The notes beneath the pieces were generated by a model that saw only the letters and a list, made by a program, of their open reading frames with translations, searched no databases and had not been told where the DNA came from. Shown piece after piece: positions 51,490 through 60,100 of a DNA stretch of 64,000 nt. The position numbers were made by a program, and so were the translations under genes. Position 1 is the stretch's first letter; every line of letters begins with the position of its first letter. Origin of the DNA: Chthonomonadales bacterium. Its GTDB lineage: Bacteria; Armatimonadota; Chthonomonadetes; Chthonomonadales; CAJBBX01. The stretch lies in assembly GCA_037443035.1 (NCBI GenBank), contig JBBIPC010000008.1:64001-128000 (forward strand), in the 5' to 3' direction.

Positions 51490-52215
51490 CTAGATCTCTA
51501 CACGGAGCGCTGCAGCAGGCGGCATCTCCGCCGCTTTGATAGCGGGAAGGATGGTGGCGACAAACGTCAATACGGTGCCAAGGGATACCGACAGGATAAG
51601 GAGCTGCAGACTGGCCAGCCAGAAAGCCCCCCCGAACACCTCGATACCGTCGGTAACTAGACGCACGAGGGAGATGACCGCCCATCCTACGACGAAGCCC
51701 ATGACAGACGCTATGAGCCCAAGGAAACATGCCTCGATGAAGAACAACTTCACGATGAGACTGTCGAGCGCACCTAGACACTTCATCGTGCCGATCTCCT
51801 TATAGCGCTCGGTGACTGACATGAGCATAGCGTTCGTGATGCCCACCGTGCAGACGATGAGTGCCATGATGGAGAGCCACTTCAGCCGCATTTCCGAGCT
51901 GCGCCGGTCTGCTTCATCGGCTTCGAGCGAGTTCACTTGGCGAACGTCCTCGGCCGACGGCTTCAGGGTACCTGCCGCGATGGCTTCCTTCTTCTGTAGA
52001 ATGATGCCTCGCTGAATGCGCGTGAACTCGCCCGACATACGGACCGACGTGAAAAAGGCAATGCCAAGGAGAATGCCGGCTGCCGTAATCAGGGAGCGCC
52101 AGAAGCGTATCTTGATGCTCTTGAACGCGATCTCCACAGCCTTGGCGAACGGCAACTGTATCTGCCGCTTCACCTCTGCCCCCGAGGCTCCTTGTCTCGA
52201 GTCACGGACGCTCAT
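51490..52215 (-). CDS. Short FtsX-like permease
   Basis: RSLITAAGI.LGIA, GITNAMLMSVTERYKEIGTMKCLGA and PA.KAA.MPP..ALR. Confidence 0.88.
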   Translation of the reverse strand: MSVRDSRQGASGAEVKRQIQLPFAKAVEIAFKSIKIRFWRSLITAAGILLGIAFFTSVRMSGEFTRIQRGIILQKKEAIAAGTLKPSAEDVRQVNSLEADEADRRSSEMRLKWLSIMALIVCTVGITNAMLMSVTERYKEIGTMKCLGALDSLIVKLFFIEACFLGLIASVMGFVVGWAVISLVRLVTDGIEVFGGAFWLASLQLLILSVSLGTVLTFVATILPAIKAAEMPPAAALRVEI

Positions 52216-52643
52216 TTCTGAACTCCCTTTCGCTCCACGAAGCCGATGAATCGACGCTCGGCCAGCGTCTGCAGGTACCGCGCTACAGAAGCTTCCACCT
52301 CGGCACGGTTCATCTTGTACTCCTTTATCATGGCACGAACAATGGCCTCGACGGTGTGATCACCATCGCATAGGCGCCACACGAACGTTCCGACTTCGTC
52401 CAGCCGAACCTTGCGAGCCTCCGGCAGGTGCACCAGAACGGCCACAATGCGTGCCACACGGTCTTTCCTGTACGGTATAGTCAGTTCGGCCTCGCCACCC
52501 TGGATTTCCTGCCACTCGATGGCGCTGTTTCGGATGGGTCGGAGACGCAGCAGAGCCTGACGGTCGCCATGCGGCGCACGCCGTACGAAGGGCAAATAGC
52601 GCGCCGCGAGCCACTCCAGGCGCTGACTCAGTGACATTCGCAT
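52212..52643 (-). CDS. PqqD/RRE-like protein
   Basis: LDEVGTFVWRLCDG.HTV..I, and YLQTLAERRFI, a PqqD-type winged helix. Probable start is 52643 or 52637. Confidence 0.78.
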   Translation of the reverse strand: MRMSLSQRLEWLAARYLPFVRRAPHGDRQALLRLRPIRNSAIEWQEIQGGEAELTIPYRKDRVARIVAVLVHLPEARKVRLDEVGTFVWRLCDGDHTVEAIVRAMIKEYKMNRAEVEASVARYLQTLAERRFIGFVERKGVQK

Positions 52644-53629
52644 CGTGTGACGAGATCTCCGAGAATGCTCTGCTTGCCGCGTGGCAGCCAGGTCTGCACG
52701 GCGTAGAGCTTGTTCGTCTCCGAACACTCCCACGCACATGCTTCATATACGGTTGCAGGTCGCAACGTCGGCAACGCGTCTCGAACAGCGACGATCCGTC
52801 CGAGTAAACTACGCACGGCGCCTCGTGCAACAACGCCGTCGTGCTCGTTCAAGACGGCATCGGAGTAGGCGGGACGGTAGCGATCAGCACTTGCCGTTGT
52901 CGCCAGCCATTCGCGCAACGTGAATCTCTTGCGCGCCAGGTTCGCAAGACCCCAACGCTCGATGAGTATCCGTCCTGCGCCGGGCTGGTGGAACCCCAGT
53001 TTCAGGTAGCCAGACATGAATTGATAGGTTTCGAGACGGAACACCTCCGGCACGGCTGCCACCAGATCGAATGCCGCCCACACGCACCACCCGTCTTCGG
53101 CATGGTCTCGTATGTCACTGAAAACGGCAGCGGCTGTGTCGGTGACAGGATCCCTGGGCTGACCTACTACCTGGGCGATCACGGTCCGTTGGCAGACCTT
53201 ACAGAACCAGATCTTCCCTTGGCCTTGGCCTCCGCCTGTCCAGGAGAAGTGATGCGCGATGCGGGTTCCATCGGCCTCCGTAGTCTCCGGCTTGATCTTG
53301 GAGGAAAAAGGCTGGCCTGACCTCCGCGCCCTCTTCGCGGTGTCTTTCAGGTAGGCGTCGAGCAACGTCCGCAGGTCGGGTGGAGTGGTAGGAGCGGGTG
53401 GTGTCTTTCGCACGATGCGTATGGCACGTGCCGCCCATCCTGCGACCGTACGAGGCCGTGATGACGCCAGCGGATCGGTCCACTTGACCTGCAGGAACAT
53501 GGTCCCGGGGGAGTCGACCTTGAGGTAGCCATCCGAGCGATCCGCCGATACTCCTGACACGTTCCAGTCACCAGGTACCAGGAGGCGAATACCATCCCAA
53601 CCGATGACAGCCCGCTCTGTTCGACCCAT
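52628..53629 (-). CDS. Hypothetical protein with two internal repeats
   Basis: Tightly packed within the operon; the two halves share GYLK, W-x-C and a terminal His. Confidence 0.75.
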   Translation of the reverse strand: MGRTERAVIGWDGIRLLVPGDWNVSGVSADRSDGYLKVDSPGTMFLQVKWTDPLASSRPRTVAGWAARAIRIVRKTPPAPTTPPDLRTLLDAYLKDTAKRARRSGQPFSSKIKPETTEADGTRIAHHFSWTGGGQGQGKIWFCKVCQRTVIAQVVGQPRDPVTDTAAAVFSDIRDHAEDGWCVWAAFDLVAAVPEVFRLETYQFMSGYLKLGFHQPGAGRILIERWGLANLARKRFTLREWLATTASADRYRPAYSDAVLNEHDGVVARGAVRSLLGRIVAVRDALPTLRPATVYEACAWECSETNKLYAVQTWLPRGKQSILGDLVTRCECH

Positions 53630-53637
53630 GTCTACTG

Positions 53638-54216
53638 CTACCCGCCGATGTCGCTGGATGAGGATCGTGGCGAGGGATTGTCCAACTTCACACGGGCGCT
53701 GCCGTCCGCATAGCCGATCCAGTTTCCTCGCGCATATCCGCTCTTGGCTCTACTTCGTGTGACATGCCTGCCCGGACGTGGCAGCTCCGAAGGACTACCC
53801 GCAGCATTGTGCTGGCTTGTGTCGCTGTCGAAGACGACCGGCGTCTGCTCGAGACGGTCTATATGGTCGCGGGACTTGGCGGAGACCTGGCGGTTCATGG
53901 CGTAGCCCCAGGTGTCCTTCTGCAGATCCTTCCAGGCTGGACATCGGCGATATCGCGGTTCGACGTAAGGGGCGATGGCCGTTTCCCACTGGCTTGCAGG
54001 CGCATACATGGACTCGTAGTCGTCGGCGTACAGGTTGAAGGCCCGCGCGAGCATGTGCATATTCCGGCGGCATTCCACCGACTCTCCGAGCTCACGGATG
54101 GGACCGAGATAACGACCCAACATCCACATCACGACATAGCCAAGCACAACAGCGACGCCGGCTGCGGCAAACGCCCTGAGCAACCACGGACGACTTGCGC
54201 GCTCATCGAGGCGCAT
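53638..54216 (-). CDS. H-X9-DG-like (DUF1559-like) membrane-anchored protein
   Basis: One TM segment, C..NM..L..A..LYADD, CP, GYAMN and GRH...GN.IGYADG; probable start 54216. Confidence 0.7.
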   Translation of the reverse strand: MRLDERASRPWLLRAFAAAGVAVVLGYVVMWMLGRYLGPIRELGESVECRRNMHMLARAFNLYADDYESMYAPASQWETAIAPYVEPRYRRCPAWKDLQKDTWGYAMNRQVSAKSRDHIDRLEQTPVVFDSDTSQHNAAGSPSELPRPGRHVTRSRAKSGYARGNWIGYADGSARVKLDNPSPRSSSSDIGG

Positions 54217-54274
54217 CGGCGCTCGCGTCTCCAGGCGGCAACAGGATTCGATCCATGGCTCCGCCCGGTATGGC

Positions 54275-55075
54275 CTACTTGGCCGCGATAGGCCCGGAAT
54301 GGCCGTCCGCGTAGACCGCGTAGTTGGTACCTTCGTGGCGACCCGGCACAGGCAGAGTATGTAGACCGCCGTGCGCATTGGGGCCTGGCAATGTGGAGTC
54401 GAAGAATAGGGGTGTACTGCTGGGACTCGGTACCTCCTGCACGCTCTTGCCGCCCAGTGTCTCGTTCATCGCATAACCGTGCCCATCATCGCCCGCGGCT
54501 GGACAATGCAGGTACTTGCGGTCGGATACAGTCTCTTGCAGTGCTTCTTCCCAACGGTCCGCAGGCGGCAGTTTCCCGTCCCAACTATCCGCGTAAAGCA
54601 TGGCGGCCGTGTAGAGTTTCTCTAGGTGTTCTGGACAGCTAGCGCTACTGGTCGTCTGTCGAGCTGGCGCAGGTCGCAACTGTCGGATCAGGCCCACCAC
54701 CGGTTGCAGATCGCGTCCCGACCAGACTGCCCCGGCCACCACCAGCACGGTTCCCAGCAGAATCGGCCATCGTCCGCCGTAGGCGAAGAGGCTGCCGGCA
54801 AGCAGGCTCGCGCAAATCGCCGGGAGCAGGAGGCTCAGAGGCCCGAGCCCGACCTGAGTCCCGCCGATACTCAGCTCCTTGCCCGATACCAGACTGATTC
54901 CCGCACCCCAGAGAACCGCTGCGACGATGCCTACAACGAGTGCACTTCGCCCGGCGCGACGGCTTCCCAACCACGCCGCCAGGACGTGGCCCACGATCGG
55001 CAGCGGTGCGAGGATCACGGATGCGACCAGCGTCAGCAGCAATGCTAGGGGTAGGTTGCCACGCTCTTTCTGCAT
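54275..55075 (-). CDS. H-X9-DG-CTERM domain protein with a multi-TM N-terminus
   Basis: Exact H-EGTNYAVYA-DG motif; LYADSWDG.LP, CPA and GYAMN. ATG 55075 abuts the upstream stop. Confidence 0.75.
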   Translation of the reverse strand: MQKERGNLPLALLLTLVASVILAPLPIVGHVLAAWLGSRRAGRSALVVGIVAAVLWGAGISLVSGKELSIGGTQVGLGPLSLLLPAICASLLAGSLFAYGGRWPILLGTVLVVAGAVWSGRDLQPVVGLIRQLRPAPARQTTSSASCPEHLEKLYTAAMLYADSWDGKLPPADRWEEALQETVSDRKYLHCPAAGDDGHGYAMNETLGGKSVQEVPSPSSTPLFFDSTLPGPNAHGGLHTLPVPGRHEGTNYAVYADGHSGPIAAK

Positions 55076-57111
55076 CAGAACGGCAGGTAGTTCACGGACT
55101 TGGCAATGAGCGACAGAGCAATGGCAGCCATGGCGATGAGACCTGTGCCGCAGGCGAACCCAGCCAGCAGGACCGGAGCGTACATGCGCCACTGATCCAT
55201 TCCGAATCGCTTGGCGAAGTACCGCCTGCCTAGCCATGCACCGAAGAAGGTAGGGATTATATCAGCCGGCCATGCACCAACGCCTCCAACCATGCCGTAG
55301 TAGAACAGCGCTGGTACTTTGGCGAGGGAAAGAATGCCATACAATCCAAGACCCGCGAGAATGCCCGCTCCTATGCGCGTCATATTGATACCTTCCAGTA
55401 CCCACTTGGGGCCGTCTGGCTTGTTGATCGTCTGGAACATGGCCTGGAATGTGGCGGCAAGGGGCCAGAAGCGCTGCGCGTAGGGATGTTGCGACGACGG
55501 AATGGCGCTCGTATGCCAGAAGAACGCCCAGAAGACGAAGGATGCGGTCAGGAAGATCGGCAGCACGAGGAACTCCACCTTGACGACGCTCGTGAACTTC
55601 GTGCCGGTCAGCTCTACTTCCCGGAACCGCTGCGCCAGCGGCCCGTAGTCCGCGAGCGGAATGGGGGCATACCAGATGTCCACATGAGGGTAGCCGCTCT
55701 TCATGATGGATGCTTCTCGGAGGAACGGGAAGGAGACTCCACTGCCAGTCAGCCCCATCATTCGGGCACTAATAAAGGAGTTGATGGGTGTCCAGATCAG
55801 GCCGAAGAAGATGAGAATAGACCAAGGAAACTGCCCACCGTGACCGTCCACATGGAGCAGGTACTGAGTCAGGCCGATGTAGAAACATGTGATGACGAAC
55901 CAGATGGACAGCGGGATGAGAATGTGGATATCTCCTCTGCCCTTGGGTACTTCGCTGAAGAGACCACGCCCTTTTGTTTCCCTGCGGTACTTGGCCAACG
56001 CTTTCACTACCTGAACAACACCAATCAAGGCAACGGCAAGTTGCAGCCCGATGCCAATAGACATCCAGAACTTGATGTCAGTGATCAGCCTAGTGTTGAT
56101 GGCATCCATGCCGCGCGTCCACCCGTTCGTCGCAGCGGTGCCAAAGGCGCCGAGGCCGTAAAGGATGTTAGGTCCTGGGAATACCTTGCAGAGCAGGCTG
56201 CTGATGAAGCTACCAAGGACGATGGGATACGGAAGGACGAAGCCAACCATCACCTTCCCCAGGTCACCCGATAGGCCAGTCAAAGCGCCAGGCAGTATCG
56301 TTTCCGTGCTGGAGGTCAGATCGAAGAACGGAATCGGGATGAGCTGCATGGCCTTGTTGAAGACCACACCCGTGAAGACCGGGATGCCCACATAGAAGAA
56401 CCCGAAGACAAGACCTACCACAGTGCCAATGGAGAATACGCGCCAGCGCCAGGACTCCTCCTTGCTCGCGGCTTCTGCGAGGGCCGTGGCGCCCGATGCG
56501 GCGACCGGCGCCATGGGGAAGGGCAGCCTCTCCACATCGGAAGTGACGCGGAAGAGGGTGTAGCCCATGCTCATCCAGTTCAAGCGCCCGAGCACCTCGC
56601 CGACGACGAGAAGGAGGATCGGCACGAACCAGTCAGGATGCAAGAATGTCCTTTGGGTCAGAGCTGCAGATCCCGCAGGTGGCACCACCCAGTTCGGGAT
56701 CTCGCTGGAGACCAGTCCTGCCTGTGGAGCCTGGCGGAAGTACTGATTCCAGATAAGATATCCGAACGGTCCCCCGGAGATGCCACGGTCGGCTAGCAGA
56801 AGGCTAGACAGCATGGCAGCGACGTAATAGAGGATGTAGATCTCCTGCCGCTTCATGGGGAGGAACGAGCGCCGCATGACCTCGGAGAAGAGGACGATCG
56901 TCACCCATTCGGCCGCTGCTCCCAGACCCTGCCCTGCGACCAATCCAAGATACAGGGCACCAGGCAACATCACGAAGCCGACGAACAGAGCGCCCACGAT
57001 GGTCTTGCCTGTGAAGCCCTCTTCATAGACGATGGCTTGACCTTCGGCACCTTCTTCGGCCGAAGCCTGTTCTACCGTCGCTCTGGCTCGCGCAATATCA
57101 TCAATGGCCAA
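55075..57111 (-). CDS. OPT-like polytopic membrane protein (putative peptide transporter)
   Basis: About 16 hydrophobic segments; YEEGFT, WVTIVLF.E, DVERLPFPMAPV.ASGA.AL. TTG 57111 has a GGGAGG SD. Confidence 0.7.
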   Translation of the reverse strand: MAIDDIARARATVEQASAEEGAEGQAIVYEEGFTGKTIVGALFVGFVMLPGALYLGLVAGQGLGAAAEWVTIVLFSEVMRRSFLPMKRQEIYILYYVAAMLSSLLLADRGISGGPFGYLIWNQYFRQAPQAGLVSSEIPNWVVPPAGSAALTQRTFLHPDWFVPILLLVVGEVLGRLNWMSMGYTLFRVTSDVERLPFPMAPVAASGATALAEAASKEESWRWRVFSIGTVVGLVFGFFYVGIPVFTGVVFNKAMQLIPIPFFDLTSSTETILPGALTGLSGDLGKVMVGFVLPYPIVLGSFISSLLCKVFPGPNILYGLGAFGTAATNGWTRGMDAINTRLITDIKFWMSIGIGLQLAVALIGVVQVVKALAKYRRETKGRGLFSEVPKGRGDIHILIPLSIWFVITCFYIGLTQYLLHVDGHGGQFPWSILIFFGLIWTPINSFISARMMGLTGSGVSFPFLREASIMKSGYPHVDIWYAPIPLADYGPLAQRFREVELTGTKFTSVVKVEFLVLPIFLTASFVFWAFFWHTSAIPSSQHPYAQRFWPLAATFQAMFQTINKPDGPKWVLEGINMTRIGAGILAGLGLYGILSLAKVPALFYYGMVGGVGAWPADIIPTFFGAWLGRRYFAKRFGMDQWRMYAPVLLAGFACGTGLIAMAAIALSLIAKSVNYLPF

Positions 57112-57186
57112 GCGCTGAGTCCTCCCTCTTGCCGATGTTGCTCCGGCGCTGCGACGCATCACGCCGTAGGTCGCGGTACACCAATG

Positions 57187-60100
57187 TCATTCCGCCGGTT
57201 GAGGTGCAGCTACCGGTACGGTACCGCCCTGGCTGGCCGCCTGCGCTTCCTTGAGATACCGCTCTCGCTCGCCCTGCTTCAATGTCCGCCAGATGAGGAA
57301 CTGCTTGCGCAGGGTGTTCAAGAAGCGGCGGTTGACTCGCTTCCAGTTGGAGATGTCCCCCGACTCCCGATGGATGTTCACGCTGATCTCGAAAACGTCT
57401 GCCATGGTCGTCGGCTTGGTGATGATGGTGAGACGCTGGCTCACACCGAGGTCGAAGGGCGCAAGCCAGGTCATGCATCGAATGCTGTACATGGTACCTT
57501 TGCCAGGCGATGGCTGTCCCAGAGGCGCTGGTAGGTCCACCTCCGTCTCCTCGGTCTCTACGTTCTGTGTGACGAAGTCGCCGATACTGTATTCCTCGTA
57601 GGCAGCGAACCACTCGGCAAGGAAGCCATTGAGCCCCTTGGCCTGATCGCCTGTCACCGAGAACGGCAGGGGGATACTCCACTCGTCGCCTTCAGGCTCC
57701 GGAACCCGCCACGATCTGTCTATTGCTGGCGTCGCTACCTCGGCGGCCTTGCGCGCGGGATAGATGGTGGAGAGGAGCACGACGCCCACCACGACCATGG
57801 TTGTCATCACCGCAGATACCGACGAGAAGTTCAGGTAGAGACCCTGGAATGCGCCTGTAGCGACGAGAATCTTGGTGGTAAGCTGGCCGAGCAGATAGCC
57901 GGCTACAGATCCCAGGATGGCGTACACCATGGCTTCCGCCATGAACAGCATGCCGATATGCGCGGGCGCAAGTCCGATGGAGGAGAAGATGTGGATCTCA
58001 CGCACCCTCTCGAAGACGGAACCAAGCATGGTGTTCAAGACGATCAGCGCTGCAATCAGCACAGGGAAGAACACGAGCTCCAAGCCCTTGCTGGAGGTGG
58101 CCGCGATGGACGAATACCGCTCGATAGTCGGGCGCTGATTGGGGTCCGACGGGATGCGGCCTGCGTACAGGTTCAGGCCGAGGCGATGCATGAGGGGACC
58201 GAGCGTCTCCGAGACCCTCTTGGCGTCGCCAAAGTCAATGGCGATGGAGCGCAGCTCGGCACCGAGGTTTGTCGCCGTCTTGTACGGAACGAAGAAGACC
58301 GCGTCTGGCTCCAGGTGAGTGTACTCGCGAAAACCGGTCTCGCCGCCGCCTCGTCCCTGTTGCGTGAGCTTCTGCATGAGAATGAAGTCCACCGGCGTGA
58401 GCGGTTCGCTGTCCAGGTCGAGAATGCGCTTCAGCTTCTGAATGTCGAAGATACCTATGACGGTGTAGTCCACGCCGGCGTAGGAGACGGTAGCCTTGCC
58501 TACATCCTCTGGCTCGACGCGCAGAGCCGCTGCGATGACGTCGGGCAGGATGACGGCGTACACGTCGCCATCCCGGAACCATCTTCCCGCGATCAGTGCT
58601 TCCTGAGGTCTCGTTACCCGGGCTTCCTCGGGCGTTAGGCCGACGAGCGCTTTGGCGTCGTACTGAGCATCGGCGCGTTTGATGGTAAGGAACGACTGCT
58701 CGCCTAACTGGGTGCCGAAGAACCATGAACGAGGCGCGACCGCGTGGTCCTTCCCGTATTCATCCGCCAATAGGCGATAGGCCGGTTCCTGGAGCTGGTC
58801 CCACATGGCGGTACGGATCATCAGGCCGTTGTAACGTGGTCTGCCGGGCGCCGGGACCTGATTGAACCGCATTACCTGAACAACGGATGTGAAGGACAGG
58901 ACGGTGAAGGTCAGGAGGACCAGCGTGATCGTGGTCAGCACCGTGCGAGCCTTGCGTCTACGCATGTTGGAGATGCCCAGATTGAAGGCCGCCAGAGCCA
59001 CGGATACCCGCCCGATGTCGGCTCGGTGGACGCCTGACGCCTGCTGATTCATCAGCTTGAGCTGTTCCTCGAACTTACCCACGATCATAGCAATCACGAT
59101 GCACGAGAGGGCGCCCATGACGAATGCCAACAGGACAATCACGGGGTTCATCGTGATGTCGAAGGCCGGATGGACCTGTGAGAAGATCCCGAAAATGGCC
59201 AGGAAGAAGATGGCGGCCCAACCGAGCTGTCGCTTCAGGTCGTAGGATCCGAAGAGCAGCCTCTCCAGGAAGTACGCGAAGGGTATGAGAAGCGCCAGAT
59301 AGAAGAGCACTCCCTGCACGACGTCCACGGCGGTCTTCTGAACGTCGGGATATGCCCTCGATGCGTAGCCCCAGGCCGCCCGGCTCTCGGCGTCGAAGCG
59401 TTCCCAATTCAGGTCCTTCTGAGCAGCCTCGGCCCGTCGTATGGACTTCTCCGCCAGACCATGAAGCCGGTTGATTCCTTCATTGATGATGCGGTACTTC
59501 GCAAGCCGCTTGATTCGGAAATCGTTGAGCATCCACATGTCGTGGGCCACATGCAACGCCGTATGGTAGATGGCACCCTCGCGCGCAATCTCCCTGGCAG
59601 GATCGAACTTGTCCAGAGTGATCTTGCCTCGCAGCTCCGCGTCCTGTGCCTGGCTCGGATCGCCGCCAACTAGGTAACCGCGCCCCTCCGGGCGTTCCTT
59701 GTCCGGGTTGATGAGGAGCAACCGCGTAGCACCTGGTCCGGCGCCCATGAGGATCTTCAAGCGAGTACCGGGTTGCGAGAAAATGACGGCCAGGTCCTCG
59801 ACGTAAGATCCCACCAGCCACGGGTCCTGCGGGTCAATGGCATACCCGAACATACGGGGCTCACCATTGGTATCGCCGTCCAGGACGTCAATGCTCACCA
59901 GTGCTCGGAGCGACTGCTGGTCCACGAGGTCGTAGATGGACGTGGGCACGCAGCGGAAGAGGATGATGGGCACCTCCTTGCGTGCCGTCGTCACCTGGAC
60001 ATCCAGCGGCATGAACTTGGCGCCGGTGACACCCAGGTCCGGTGCGTAGTTGATCTGGCCCTTGTCAGGGTTCGGCACGATCCGCCCCGTGGGTTTGCCT

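Noticed and set aside
52212..52643. PQQ or RiPP biosynthetic gene cluster
   Set aside because: No pqqA/B/C/E, radical SAM enzyme, cyclase or evident precursor peptide in the window.
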